Below are positions 30,017 through 40,399 of a DNA stretch of 64,000 nucleotides, piece after piece; the stretch's first letter is position 1, and each line of letters starts with the position of its first letter. A program made the translations under genes and the position numbers. The stretch covers positions 1 through 64,000 of IMG/VR virus record IMGVR_UViG_3300023174_005338; one strand, written 5' to 3'. The notes beneath the pieces are model-generated. The model saw only the letters and a list, made by a program, of their open reading frames with translations. It searched no databases and was not told where the DNA came from.

Positions 30017-30363
30017 TGTTGATCCGTGAGTTTGCTCTAGACAAAAACGTCAACGACCCGGTCAAGCTCCTGGCCCTGGCCACCTTTCTCAAAGACCGTG
30101 CCCAAGATGAAAATGCACAGGCACAAATCAGTCAGGATGCTTTTATTGAAGCTGCCAAAAGTCTTGATATTACGATAACTCCAGAAAGCCTGGCTGAACT
30201 TATTTCAAAAGATCCACTTAAAAATGTGCTAGAACCCCTGGAGCCCAATTCTGGCGTGGTCAGATTCAAAGGCAACACCGAAGAGGTCACAGGTATGACG
30301 GTGGATCAAGCTCGTGCTGTGGTAGATGCCAATGCCAAGTCCGCAATGCGGCGCCGCCAATAA
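30016..30363 (+). CDS. Hypothetical (putative head-associated) protein
   Basis: MLIREF leader, 115 aa. Confidence 0.6.
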   Translation: MLIREFALDKNVNDPVKLLALATFLKDRAQDENAQAQISQDAFIEAAKSLDITITPESLAELISKDPLKNVLEPLEPNSGVVRFKGNTEEVTGMTVDQARAVVDANAKSAMRRRQ

Positions 30364-30419
30364 CCAAAATCAGTTGTAAATACCTAGGCAGTGTGTTACA
30401 ATAACTCAAGGAGTGTGAA

Positions 30420-30803
30420 ATGGCCTATTCTGAAAAAGTAATCGATCATTATGAAAACCCACGCAATGTGGGCAAGATGGACGTGGGCGATGTCAATGTA
30501 GGTACCGGCATGGTTGGTGCGCCGGCCTGCGGTGATGTAATGAAACTACAAATTCGAGTAGAAGATGGAATCATACAAGATGCGAAATTTAAGACTTACG
30601 GTTGCGGCTCTGCTATTGCGTCGAGTTCGTTGCTCACGGAATGGGTCAAGGGTAAAACTCTGGAGCAAGCAGGAGCGATTAAGAACTCACAGATTGCAGA
30701 AGAGCTCGCATTACCGCCGGTCAAGATCCATTGCTCGATCCTGGCTGAGGACGCGATCAAAGCTGCTATCGAAGATTACAAGAGAAAACATCTAGATGAT
30801 TGA
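30420..30803 (+). CDS. iscU: Fe-S cluster scaffold IscU
   Basis: MAYSEKVIDHYENPRNVG, APACGD, YGCGSAIASS, LPPVKIHCS. Confidence 0.97.
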   Translation: MAYSEKVIDHYENPRNVGKMDVGDVNVGTGMVGAPACGDVMKLQIRVEDGIIQDAKFKTYGCGSAIASSSLLTEWVKGKTLEQAGAIKNSQIAEELALPPVKIHCSILAEDAIKAAIEDYKRKHLDD

Positions 30804-31116
30804 AGTAACTGATGCAGCCAGTAAGAAAATCCAACAGAATCTTGCTCGTAGAGGCAACGGTATTGGCATACGCATAGGAACTAGAACCACGGGTTGTTCG
30901 GGTCTGGCCTATGTGTTAGAATATGTAGACCAACCAGCTGACACTGATCAGGTATTTGAGGCTGACAAATTTAAAATTGTAGTAGATCCCAAGAGTTTGC
31001 CTATTGTGGACGGCATCACGGTGGATTATGTGCGTCAAGGACTCAACGAAGGCTTTGAATTTATTAACCAAAAAGAACGAGACCGCTGTGGGTGCGGGGA
31101 AAGTTTCCGAGTCTAA
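30796..31116 (+). CDS. iscA: Fe-S assembly A-type carrier IscA
   Basis: GCSGLAY and CGCGESF. Confidence 0.95.
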   Translation: MIEVTDAASKKIQQNLARRGNGIGIRIGTRTTGCSGLAYVLEYVDQPADTDQVFEADKFKIVVDPKSLPIVDGITVDYVRQGLNEGFEFINQKERDRCGCGESFRV

Positions 31117-31117
31117 T

Positions 31118-31828
31118 TTGTACAATCCACGATTTGATTATCAACCCTTGAACCGGGTCACCGAAGACGGCCGCAGGCTTTATGATACTCCAGGCGGCAA
31201 GTTGCCCAGTGTCACTACAATCCTAGAAAAAACCAAGCCCGAAGAAAAGAAACAAGCACTCCAAGAGTGGCGCAATCGTGTGGGGCATGCACAGGCACAG
31301 GCCATAACCACAGAAGCTGCCAATCGTGGCACTAGAATGCACACCTATCTTGAGCACTATGTAAAAACAGGCGAGTTGAAAGAACAAGGATCAAATCCGT
31401 TTGGCTGGGCCAGCCATGCCATGGCACAAACTGTGATTGAAGATGGGCTCAAAAATGTCACGGAGTTTTGGGGAGTAGAAATACCCTTGTATTTTCCCAA
31501 ACTGTATGCTGGAACCAGCGATGGCGCAGGAATACATCTCCGTGAGGAAAGTATTCTAGACTACAAGCAAACAAATAAACCCAAGCGTAGAGAATGGATT
31601 GAAGATTACTTTCTACAACTAGCAGCCTATGCTCTTGCACACAACGAAGTATATGGTACAAATATTCGCAGGGGTGTAGTGCTGATGTGCGTGAAACCTC
31701 CAGTGGACACCCAGGGGCGTCCCACAGCCCGCCCAGAATATCAGGAATTTGTGTTGGAAACTGCGGATTTTGACCATTGGGCTGACGCATGGTGGCGCAG
31801 ACTTGAGCAATACTACCTGCTGACCTAA
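31118..31828 (+). CDS. PD-(D/E)XK exonuclease
   Basis: LPSVTTIL, RGT.MH, E, AGTSD, DYKQ, QLAAYA; start placed at TTG 31118. Confidence 0.85.
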   Translation: MYNPRFDYQPLNRVTEDGRRLYDTPGGKLPSVTTILEKTKPEEKKQALQEWRNRVGHAQAQAITTEAANRGTRMHTYLEHYVKTGELKEQGSNPFGWASHAMAQTVIEDGLKNVTEFWGVEIPLYFPKLYAGTSDGAGIHLREESILDYKQTNKPKRREWIEDYFLQLAAYALAHNEVYGTNIRRGVVLMCVKPPVDTQGRPTARPEYQEFVLETADFDHWADAWWRRLEQYYLLT

Positions 31829-31865
31829 ACAGCTAAATACTGGATAGAATTCAAGGACAACTCAA

Positions 31866-33458
31866 GTGGCCATTGTACAAATATCACAGATAACAAACCG
31901 AAAAGGTTTACAAGAAAATCTACCACAACTAGCTGGTGCAGAACTGGGCTGGAGTGTTGATACTAGGCAATTGTACATCGGCAATGGTACCTTGGAAGAA
32001 GGTGCTCCTGTAATTGGTAATACTGAGATACTGACAGAATTCTCGGACATCCTAAATTTTACCAATACCTATACCTACAAAGGCGAAGCAGCCGGCTACA
32101 CAGTACAAACAGGACCAACTGCTGGCACACCTGTCACACAGAGTTTGCAGTCATGGCTGGATCAGTTTGCCACGGTCAAAGATTTTGGCGCCACTGGCGA
32201 TGGAGTTACCGACGATACTGCGGCCATTAATCGCGCCCTGTATCAGCTGTTTTGCAGAGAAGTCAATCCACAAATACGTCGCAGTCTATTCTTTCCAGCT
32301 GGGGTGTATCGTGTGACCAGTGCCATCAAGATTCCGCCATATGCCACCTTGTATGGCGAAGGCAACGACAATTCTGTGATAGCCATGGATGATGGCGTGG
32401 CCGACTATGTGGCCCGCACTGCAGACAGTTTACAAAATATTGGAGTCAACATTGGTGATGCTGGAGCCACTGCTCCAGAATACATCACCATTACCAACAT
32501 GGGATTCACACACTCCGATCCTGAACAAGATGTGTTCCTAGTACAAGACGCCACCAACTGTCGCTTTCAAAATGTAGGATTCCGTGGCACATCAACCACG
32601 GCCGACTTAGATTCTGATGCAAATGGATCTATTGGTGTGAGTTTTGCCAGCACCAGTGCCTTGGTCTGTGAACAGATCACCTTTGATGGTTGCGTGTTTA
32701 GTGGACTGGTCTGGGGTATCAACACCAACCAGCAAACCAAGGCTGTGACCATCACGACCTCACTGTTTGATACCTTGTATCGAGGCATTGTGTTGGGCAC
32801 GGCCGCAGTGACCAACGGTGGGCCCACTGGCACTCGCATCATAGGCAACATGTTTGACAACATCTATGCAGAAGGCATCATATTTGGCTCCAATCTTGTG
32901 TTGGCCATCAATGCCAGCGGTCACAACATTTTCTATGATGTGGGCAATCATTTTACAGGTGCTACTGGCACACCGGCCACCAGCATCATCAGCATACAAA
33001 GCAACAACAATGTCAGCATCAGTGACCTGTTTGCCAGAACAGATGCATTTGCCACTGCCTATCCTAGAATTGATCTCAACAACACTGTGAGCATAGCCAC
33101 CACCAATGGCGGCCAGTTGGCCATGGGCTCATACACACGCGAAAGTGGCGGCACTGCCACATTGACCGACAATGACACAGGCACAGTATTTGATCTTGAT
33201 GCTACCGTAATCCGTGCATTCAGCGTAAATTATACCATTGTACGGAATTTTTCATATCGTACTGGCACCATCATGGTGGCATCTGATGTGGGTGATTCCA
33301 GTTTAGGAATCAGCAGCAGTGATGACTATGTAGAAAACAACAATACCGGTATTACTTTAACAGTTGATCAAGCAGGTGATACAGTCAGTCTGACCTACTC
33401 TGCTACCAATGCTGGCACCAATGCCACAATGACCTATAGTATCACGTACCTAGCTTGA
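31866..33458 (+). CDS. Tailspike/fibre: Mtd_N-like head-binding domain plus pectate-lyase-like beta-helix
   Basis: ELGWSVDTRQLYIGNG; VKDFGATGDGVTDDTAAI; FFPAGVY. Confidence 0.8.
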   Translation: MAIVQISQITNRKGLQENLPQLAGAELGWSVDTRQLYIGNGTLEEGAPVIGNTEILTEFSDILNFTNTYTYKGEAAGYTVQTGPTAGTPVTQSLQSWLDQFATVKDFGATGDGVTDDTAAINRALYQLFCREVNPQIRRSLFFPAGVYRVTSAIKIPPYATLYGEGNDNSVIAMDDGVADYVARTADSLQNIGVNIGDAGATAPEYITITNMGFTHSDPEQDVFLVQDATNCRFQNVGFRGTSTTADLDSDANGSIGVSFASTSALVCEQITFDGCVFSGLVWGINTNQQTKAVTITTSLFDTLYRGIVLGTAAVTNGGPTGTRIIGNMFDNIYAEGIIFGSNLVLAINASGHNIFYDVGNHFTGATGTPATSIISIQSNNNVSISDLFARTDAFATAYPRIDLNNTVSIATTNGGQLAMGSYTRESGGTATLTDNDTGTVFDLDATVIRAFSVNYTIVRNFSYRTGTIMVASDVGDSSLGISSSDDYVENNNTGITLTVDQAGDTVSLTYSATNAGTNATMTYSITYLA

Positions 33459-33871
33459 TCTGGCCTGCCACATTTTCTGCCCGGCTGGAGAGCTGGAATC
33501 TCCTGCGTGACCAATGTCAAAATCTTCCTGCACAAACCGCTCTTGAAGACATCAATGCCTGGTGGTTTCGGGCACCCTGGCGACCTTACTACCTACACTG
33601 GGATGATCAACTAACTTGGCCCGATCCCTGGCAACTTTTGAGCGATGACATCTACTGTGAACTTGCAAGAGGCCTAGGAATCCTGTATACTATTACTTTG
33701 CTAGACCGTGCAGATTTGGCACCGGCCGAATTGGTTTTGACCCAAGATGATGTGAATTTAGTCCTGGTAGCCAAAGAAAAATATATACTTAATTGGGCCG
33801 CTGACACGGTAGTAAATACCATCCAAGCAACAACGATCAAACGGCAATACCAGCAACACCAAATAGCATAG
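33455..33871 (+). CDS. Hypothetical protein, possibly transglutaminase-like fold
   Basis: IN.WW...WPDPWQLL..YC...YT...LVLV..YILN. Confidence 0.55.
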   Translation: MIWPATFSARLESWNLLRDQCQNLPAQTALEDINAWWFRAPWRPYYLHWDDQLTWPDPWQLLSDDIYCELARGLGILYTITLLDRADLAPAELVLTQDDVNLVLVAKEKYILNWAADTVVNTIQATTIKRQYQQHQIA

Positions 33872-33898
33872 CAATAAAACAATTTAGAACGAGAGAAA

Positions 33899-36226
33899 AT
33901 GACGCAGATCACAGTTGTAAAAAGAAGCGGACGCAAAGAGCCACTACAGATTGACAAGTGGCAGGCACAGGTTGCCAAAGTCTGTCAAGGCATCGCTGAC
34001 GTAAGTCAGAGCATGATAGAAATCAAAGCTCAGTTGCATTTTTATGATGGTATTACCACCAAAGAGATTGATGGTATCACCTTGCGTGCCATTGTGGACT
34101 TGATTGATGTAGAAGCAAATCCTGATGTGGGCCACACCAACTATCAATTTGTGGCTGGCAAGCAAAGACTCAGCATGTTGAGAAAAGATGTGTATGGTAG
34201 CTATACTCCTCCGCATTTGTATGACATAGTAAAAAAGAATGTAGCCACTGGTCTTTACACCGCGGATTTGTTGGAATGGTACACTGAAGAAGACTGGAAT
34301 CGCATGAACGACATGATCGATCATGAAAAAGACGAACAGTATAGTTACGCAGCCATTGAACAGTTGATTGAAAAATATTTGGTACGCAATCGTGCCACCA
34401 AGGAAATCTATGAGACGCCGCAGGTCAGATACATGGTGGCAGCGGCCACGGTGTTTCACGAAGAAGAACCCAACACTGCAAGGATGCGTTACATCAAAGA
34501 ATATTATAATTGTGCCAGTGATGGCCTGTTCACTCTGGCTACACCTGTGTTGGCTGGTCTAGGTACTCCCACCAAACAATTTAGTTCCTGTGTTCTTATT
34601 CGCGCCGACGACGATCTGGACAGTATATTTGCTTCAGGAGAAATGATGGCCAAGTATGCGGCCAAGCGTGCCGGCATTGGCCTGGAGGTTGGTCGTTTGC
34701 GTCCACTAGGTGCCGCCATTCGCGGTGGTGAAGTCATGCACACTGGCATGATTCCATTCTTGAAAAAATGGTTTGGAGATTTGCGTAGTTGTAGTCAAGG
34801 AGGTATTCGTAATGCAAGTGCTACTGTGTTCTATCCTATCTGGCATTATCAATTTGATGATCTCATCGTGCTCAAAAACAATCAAGGCACTGAAGAAACA
34901 CGAGTCCGACACATGGATTACGGAGTGGTGTTATCATCGTTCTTTTGGCGGCGTTTTAAGAACAAGGAATCGATTACGTTCTTTGATCCTAACGAAGTGC
35001 CAGACCTGTATGAAGCATTTTACAAAGACACAGCGAGATTTGAAGAGTTGTATGTCAAATATGAAAAAAGAAAAGACCTTCGCAAGAAGGTAATCGCGGC
35101 CGAAGAAGTATTCAAAGGTGGTATATTAAAGGAGAGAACTGACACAGGTCGTATCTACTTGGTGTTTATTGACAATGTTATAAACCAGGGACCTTTTGAT
35201 CCTGAGTATCATGCCATCTATCAAAGTAACCTCTGCTGTGAAATCTTGTTGCCCACCAAGCCATTCAAACGACTTGACGACGATGCTGGGCGTATTGCCT
35301 TGTGCACCTTGGGCAGCATCAACTGGGGTGCGTTCCGCAATCCTGAAGACATGCGCAGGGCCTGCCGTATACTGCAACGCAGTCTATGTAACATACTTGA
35401 CTATCAAGACTATTTAAGCATCCAGAGCATGCTGAGCAACCAAGAGATCCAACCCTTGGGCATTGGTATCACTAACCTAGCATACTGGCACGCAAAACGC
35501 GGCCTGCTGTACGGTGAGAAAGATGCCTTGCAAGAAGTCAAGTCGTGGATGGAACATCAAGCCTACTACTTGACAGAAGCCACAGTGGAGTTGGCCAAAG
35601 AACGTGGACCATGCAGTCACAGCGGTCTTACACGTTATGGTCAAGGCGAGTTTCCATGGGAGCGTCGCGCCCGGGCGGTCAACGAATTGGCCAACTTCCG
35701 GCCAGAACTTGATTGGGAATCACTGCGTGAGAAGATGAAGATCCATGGTGTGCGCAATGCCACACTCATGGCAGTGGCTCCGGTTGAGTCGTCATCGGTT
35801 GTGATCAACTCAACCAATGGCATCGAAATGCCCATGAGTTTGATCACGGTCAAAGAATCCAAAGCAGGAAGTTTGATCCAAGTGGCTCCCGAATACAACA
35901 AGTTGAAGAACCGATATCAACTCATGTGGGAACAACGAGACTGTGCAAATTACTTGAAGACAGCAGCTGTGATTGCTGCCTACGTGGATCAAAGTATCAG
36001 CACAAACACATTCTACAATCCTGCACACTTTGCGGATCGCAAGGTGCCAACTACCTTGATCGCCACCAACCTCATGCAGGCACATCGTTGGGGACTGAAA
36101 ACATTCTACTACAGCCTGATCAACAAACAAGGATCAAAAGGTCAAGACGAAGCACCACAGGTCTTGCACACACAAGAACCCGACAGCGACCTCTTAGAGG
36201 AAGATTGTCTGGCCTGCAAATTATAA
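33899..36226 (+). CDS. nrdA: Class Ia ribonucleotide reductase alpha subunit
   Basis: ATP cone VVKRSG, FSSCV, SNLCCEI, LCTL, TFYY, C-terminal CLAC. Confidence 0.97.
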   Translation: MTQITVVKRSGRKEPLQIDKWQAQVAKVCQGIADVSQSMIEIKAQLHFYDGITTKEIDGITLRAIVDLIDVEANPDVGHTNYQFVAGKQRLSMLRKDVYGSYTPPHLYDIVKKNVATGLYTADLLEWYTEEDWNRMNDMIDHEKDEQYSYAAIEQLIEKYLVRNRATKEIYETPQVRYMVAAATVFHEEEPNTARMRYIKEYYNCASDGLFTLATPVLAGLGTPTKQFSSCVLIRADDDLDSIFASGEMMAKYAAKRAGIGLEVGRLRPLGAAIRGGEVMHTGMIPFLKKWFGDLRSCSQGGIRNASATVFYPIWHYQFDDLIVLKNNQGTEETRVRHMDYGVVLSSFFWRRFKNKESITFFDPNEVPDLYEAFYKDTARFEELYVKYEKRKDLRKKVIAAEEVFKGGILKERTDTGRIYLVFIDNVINQGPFDPEYHAIYQSNLCCEILLPTKPFKRLDDDAGRIALCTLGSINWGAFRNPEDMRRACRILQRSLCNILDYQDYLSIQSMLSNQEIQPLGIGITNLAYWHAKRGLLYGEKDALQEVKSWMEHQAYYLTEATVELAKERGPCSHSGLTRYGQGEFPWERRARAVNELANFRPELDWESLREKMKIHGVRNATLMAVAPVESSSVVINSTNGIEMPMSLITVKESKAGSLIQVAPEYNKLKNRYQLMWEQRDCANYLKTAAVIAAYVDQSISTNTFYNPAHFADRKVPTTLIATNLMQAHRWGLKTFYYSLINKQGSKGQDEAPQVLHTQEPDSDLLEEDCLACKL

Positions 36227-36236
36227 AGAGAACATC

Positions 36237-37337
36237 ATGAGCCAAGCACAATACAATTTACGCACACGAACAGATTACCTTAACCGCAAGATGTTTTTGG
36301 ATCCTGCAGGTCCGGTGACCATACAACGCTTTGAAGAAGTCAAATACAACAAAATTGTAAAGTTTGAACAAGAAGCCCGAGGATTCTTTTGGGTACCCGA
36401 AGAGATCAGTCTAACCAAAGATGCCGGAGACTTTAAAGAAGCCAGTGACACAGTGCGTCATATCTTTACCAGCAATCTGTTGCGTCAAACGGCCCTTGAT
36501 AGCCTGCAAGGGCGCGGCCCCACACAGGTATTCACGCCTGTGGTCAGCATTCCAGAACTAGAAGCACTGATGTACAACTGGGGATTCTTTGAAACCAACA
36601 TCCACAGCCGTAGTTACAGCCACATCATACGCAACATCTACAATGTGCCCAAGGAAGAGTTCAACAAGATCCATAACACCGCAGAAATTGTGGACATGGC
36701 ATCGACCATTGGACTTTATTACGATCGTCTACACATGATCAACTGCCGCAAAGAGTTGCAGGAAGAGTTCGATGAGTACGAACACATCCGGGCCATATGG
36801 CTGGCACTCAATGCCAGTTATGGTCTAGAGGCCTTTCGTTTTATGGTCAGCTTTGCCACCAGCTTGGCCATGGTTGAGAATCGAATATTCATCGGCAACG
36901 GCAATATTATACAACTGATCTTACAAGACGAGATCCTGCACAAGGACTGGACTGCTTGGATCATCAACCAAGTGGTCAAAGAAGACCCAAGATTTGCCCG
37001 AGCCAAACAGGAATGTGAAGCCGAAGTGTATGCCATGTATCAAGATGTGATCCGTGAAGAAAAAGCCTGGGCTGATTACCTGTTCAAGAAAGGGCCAGTG
37101 ATTGGCCTCAATGCCAACATTCTGCGTGATTTTGTGGACTATACCGCAGTTGCAGCACTCAAAGAAATTGGTGTCAAATATCAAGGTGTGGCTCCCAAGA
37201 CCACTCCTATACCTTGGTTCAACAAGCATGTGAACACTTCAAACAAACAAACAGCGTTGCAAGAAAATGAAAGCACCAACTATGTAATTGGAGCTATGAG
37301 TGACACCATTGACTACAACGCATTACCCAGCTTATAA
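36237..37337 (+). CDS. nrdB: Class Ia ribonucleotide reductase beta subunit
   Basis: FFWVPEE, LDSLQ, ETNIHSRSY, EAFRF, DEILH. Confidence 0.97.
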   Translation: MSQAQYNLRTRTDYLNRKMFLDPAGPVTIQRFEEVKYNKIVKFEQEARGFFWVPEEISLTKDAGDFKEASDTVRHIFTSNLLRQTALDSLQGRGPTQVFTPVVSIPELEALMYNWGFFETNIHSRSYSHIIRNIYNVPKEEFNKIHNTAEIVDMASTIGLYYDRLHMINCRKELQEEFDEYEHIRAIWLALNASYGLEAFRFMVSFATSLAMVENRIFIGNGNIIQLILQDEILHKDWTAWIINQVVKEDPRFARAKQECEAEVYAMYQDVIREEKAWADYLFKKGPVIGLNANILRDFVDYTAVAALKEIGVKYQGVAPKTTPIPWFNKHVNTSNKQTALQENESTNYVIGAMSDTIDYNALPSL

Positions 37338-37357
37338 TAACAATCAAGGAGACGAAT

Positions 37358-37582
37358 ATGAAAGCCATAGTATGGAGCAAAAACGCCTGTCCATTTTGTG
37401 ATCAGGCCAAAAATTTACTCAAGTTGAAAGGTATCGAGTTTGAAGAACGCAACATCAGCACAGATTGGACACGTGAACAGTTGCTGGAAGCGGTACCCGA
37501 TGCCCGCACGGTACCGCAGATATTTTTAGACAAGCAGTTGATCGGCGGGTTTACAGAATTACGCAAACATTTACAAGGATAA
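37358..37582 (+). CDS. Glutaredoxin
   Basis: CPFC, TVPQIF, IGGF. Confidence 0.93.
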   Translation: MKAIVWSKNACPFCDQAKNLLKLKGIEFEERNISTDWTREQLLEAVPDARTVPQIFLDKQLIGGFTELRKHLQG

Positions 37583-37583
37583 C

Positions 37584-37886
37584 ATGAAAGTAGAATTAGA
37601 TCAGGTTTACACAATGAAAATTGCCAATGGTGACGAACTGGTGGCAAAAATCACCGCAGAGAATGACACGAGTTTTACTGTGACACGCCCACTCACAGTG
37701 GTACCCGGGCGCGAAGGCATACAGATGATTTTTAGTCTTTTTACATCAAACCCTGACAAATCTGTGACTATAAATAAAGCACAAGTAGCCCTGATTGCAC
37801 CAGCACGTGACGAAGTGCAAGACAGCTATGTAGAAGCCACAACCGGTATCAAACCGGTAAGAAACAGCAAAATACTTATGGGATAG
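37584..37886 (+). CDS. Hypothetical protein (Sm-like fold typical of T4-like phages)
   Basis: K..NGDELVA...P pattern, C-terminal Y...TTGI. Confidence 0.6.
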   Translation: MKVELDQVYTMKIANGDELVAKITAENDTSFTVTRPLTVVPGREGIQMIFSLFTSNPDKSVTINKAQVALIAPARDEVQDSYVEATTGIKPVRNSKILMG

Positions 37887-37889
37887 GCC

Positions 37890-38177
37890 ATGCCAGCAGT
37901 ACAACGAGTAGGTGATCAAAACAGCGCCGGTGGAGTCATACTCAATGGCGACAGCTCGGTGTTGGTAAATGGACGAGCTGTGGCTGTTCAAGGAGCATCG
38001 GTCAGCGCCCATCCTTGTTGTGGACGCAGAGGTTGCCCTCCTACACATTGTAATGCAAAAACCCAGGCCAGTGGCGGCGCAGTGTTGGTCAACGGTATAC
38101 CTTTGATACTGGGCGGTGATGTGGACACCTGTGGTCATGCGAGAACTGGTGGCAGCAACAATGTCACGGTGAATTGA
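37890..38177 (+). CDS. PAAR spike-tip protein (gp5.4-like)
   Basis: PAVQRVGD, VLVNG repeats, H/C zinc ligands, CGH..TGGS.NV. Confidence 0.88.
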   Translation: MPAVQRVGDQNSAGGVILNGDSSVLVNGRAVAVQGASVSAHPCCGRRGCPPTHCNAKTQASGGAVLVNGIPLILGGDVDTCGHARTGGSNNVTVN

Positions 38178-39124
38178 TCGTGTCCGACGGACAACTCACA
38201 GCTCTACAACTCAATGCCGCTGCTGGTTTATTGCAGAATCAAGGCATTGCAATCAATGCCAATCTGGTCACTGCCATATCGGACTACGAAAACACAGCTC
38301 TGCTGACACCATTTCTAGACACAGTCAGCAGTGGTAATATCACTGCCAATGTGGTTGCGGATCTTGAAACCCTGGCGGCCAACACCTGTGCTGCTTTCAG
38401 CAACAGTGTGCCCACAGACTACAGTGCGCTGGGCAACCAACTATCCACAGTGGTTGTGGCACAGGCCGTAAGAGACATCTGCGGCAACAATGTCAGCAAC
38501 ATAGCCCAGGCAGTGAATCAGGCACAAGGTTATGCATCACAGACCACGGTATTTGTCAACAGTGCAGTCAACAGTCAAACTTATCTGGGCAATACCTTTA
38601 CCAACATCAACAACATGATCACTGGTGACGTGACCACCATTAACCTGGCCACTCAGGCCTTTGGTGAGGATCTTGCGGCGTTGGGACGCTTGATCAACCT
38701 GGCAGATTTAAACAACTTTGGCAGCCCCTTAGCCTTGGTGCGACAGGTTTATGCCATTGCAGGTGCTGTTCCTGTGTTGTCCGTGGCCTTCGTTGAAGCC
38801 GGCATTGATCAGGAAGTGGTTGTTAATCTCAGCAATCCTACCATCACAGTGGTAGACAGTGCTCAACGTCTTATGTATCAGGCCATGACACAGATCACTG
38901 GCACGAATCTAGCGCAGATCTTGACGGTGCTCCAGGTCACCACCGTCGGCATAAACACCATGGCTGACCTGCTGAATCCTTTCAAGTTGTTCCCCAACAG
39001 TTTTCTCAGCATGACTGCACCTACAGCACAAGGTCCTCGTGCCATTTATGTCAATGCCCAGGGCGAAATCAACACCGACCTGATTCAGCAGTTGCCACCC
39101 TATGTGATCAGTAGCTTGATATGA
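38174..39124 (+). CDS. Putative baseplate/tail structural protein
   Basis: Follows PAAR; Ala/Asn/Thr-rich. Confidence 0.5.
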   Translation: MIVSDGQLTALQLNAAAGLLQNQGIAINANLVTAISDYENTALLTPFLDTVSSGNITANVVADLETLAANTCAAFSNSVPTDYSALGNQLSTVVVAQAVRDICGNNVSNIAQAVNQAQGYASQTTVFVNSAVNSQTYLGNTFTNINNMITGDVTTINLATQAFGEDLAALGRLINLADLNNFGSPLALVRQVYAIAGAVPVLSVAFVEAGIDQEVVVNLSNPTITVVDSAQRLMYQAMTQITGTNLAQILTVLQVTTVGINTMADLLNPFKLFPNSFLSMTAPTAQGPRAIYVNAQGEINTDLIQQLPPYVISSLI

Positions 39125-40116
39125 TAGCCTACGACCGACTCAGCCAAATAATACCCAGCGATCAAGCTCTGGCTGCTAAAGCCATGTCAGTGGCTCTGCA
39201 ACAGATCAGCGGAATCACCAACATGACCTTGCCGGTGCTGGCCAATGTGGTAGTGGGTCAACAAACCACCAACAATCTTACACTCATAGCCAACCTCACC
39301 CAGGCAGTGCCTGCTTCGGTCAGCACCTATCTGGCTAACATTGGAGGTGCCAATGGACGTCCAGTGGGTGTGTGTGATGTGCTGGGCATAGCAGCAGGAT
39401 ATCTGGTCACCGACGGATTCCAGAACACAGTGTCTACTCTGGCCAATACCAATGTGACCACACTGACAACCATATATCAGACCATGAACAACGTGGTCAC
39501 TGGCATCTACGGCGATACCAGTGCTGGTCCAGTGATCATACCCGGCGGACAACCAGCTGCTGGTACCTACACAGCCGTCACGGATGGCATGGGCAATGTG
39601 CTGACACCAGCCGCAGACGCGGCCATCACAGGTGCTGGTGGTGACACTCCGCCCACCGGCCCTGGATTGATTCCTGTGGCCCAGACTGAAATAGCCAATA
39701 TCGTGACCACGAGCACCGCACAGGTCACGGTGCTGAACAGCACTTTTTCATCTATAGCAGCACAGGTCCAACAAGAACTGACTCTGCAGACTGCTGCCGG
39801 TATAGACTTTGGCAATCTCATAGCTGTGAACAATCCCACGGTGTATGGTTTGGTCTACAACTTGCCCACATATGGTCAAGAAATTGAACAAGGCGGTTTG
39901 GCCCAGTTTTGGGAAGGTGTGGCCAACATCAGTACATTTACCGGGCAGGCCGTGGTGGCTGTGCTGAGAGAAGGACAAAACCGGACCTTGTTGAACAATG
40001 CCGGCATACAAACCAATGCTCTGGTGCCGGACACTGCGGATCCTCCACAGGATCCAGCCAATCTTATACCAGCCACATATACCGAAAGTGCCGCCGCAAA
40101 TCTGGTGATCAAATAG
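39121..40116 (+). CDS. Putative baseplate/tail structural protein
   Basis: Coupled to previous gene; similar composition. Confidence 0.5.
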   Translation: MIAYDRLSQIIPSDQALAAKAMSVALQQISGITNMTLPVLANVVVGQQTTNNLTLIANLTQAVPASVSTYLANIGGANGRPVGVCDVLGIAAGYLVTDGFQNTVSTLANTNVTTLTTIYQTMNNVVTGIYGDTSAGPVIIPGGQPAAGTYTAVTDGMGNVLTPAADAAITGAGGDTPPTGPGLIPVAQTEIANIVTTSTAQVTVLNSTFSSIAAQVQQELTLQTAAGIDFGNLIAVNNPTVYGLVYNLPTYGQEIEQGGLAQFWEGVANISTFTGQAVVAVLREGQNRTLLNNAGIQTNALVPDTADPPQDPANLIPATYTESAAANLVIK

Positions 40117-40216
40117 CACCAATTTAGCCAAAAAAATCAACTAGATTCATGGGCAAGGCGTTAAATATACAGCACTGTAAAAAAGTGCAAATTTCAAACT
40201 TTCGAAAGGAAATACC

Positions 40217-40399
40217 ATGAAAGCATTACTCGCAATCGTAGCATCCGTGTTCGCACTTTCCGCTGTTGCTCAAGCTCCTGCCAAGAAGGAAGAAGCCAAG
40301 CCAGCCGCCGCCGCTCCTGCCAAGAAGGAAGAAGCAAAGAAAGCTGAAGCTCCAAAAGCTGATGCAAAGAAAGACGAAAAGAAAGACGCTAAGAAGTAA
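40217..40399 (+). CDS. Small secreted Lys/Ala/Glu-rich low-complexity protein
   Basis: Signal peptide MKALLAIVASVFALSAVA; APAKKEEAK repeated; own TAAATA promoter and terminator. Confidence 0.75.
   Translation: MKALLAIVASVFALSAVAQAPAKKEEAKPAAAAPAKKEEAKKAEAPKADAKKDEKKDAKK

Noticed and set aside
31866-33458. Diversity-generating retroelement suggested by the Mtd_N-like domain
   Set aside because: No reverse transcriptase or template/variable repeat pair seen; this domain is a common head-binding module
33899-37337. Introns or inteins in nrdA/nrdB (also checked uvsX, helicase, ligase)
   Set aside because: ORFs are continuous, of normal length and lack intein motifs
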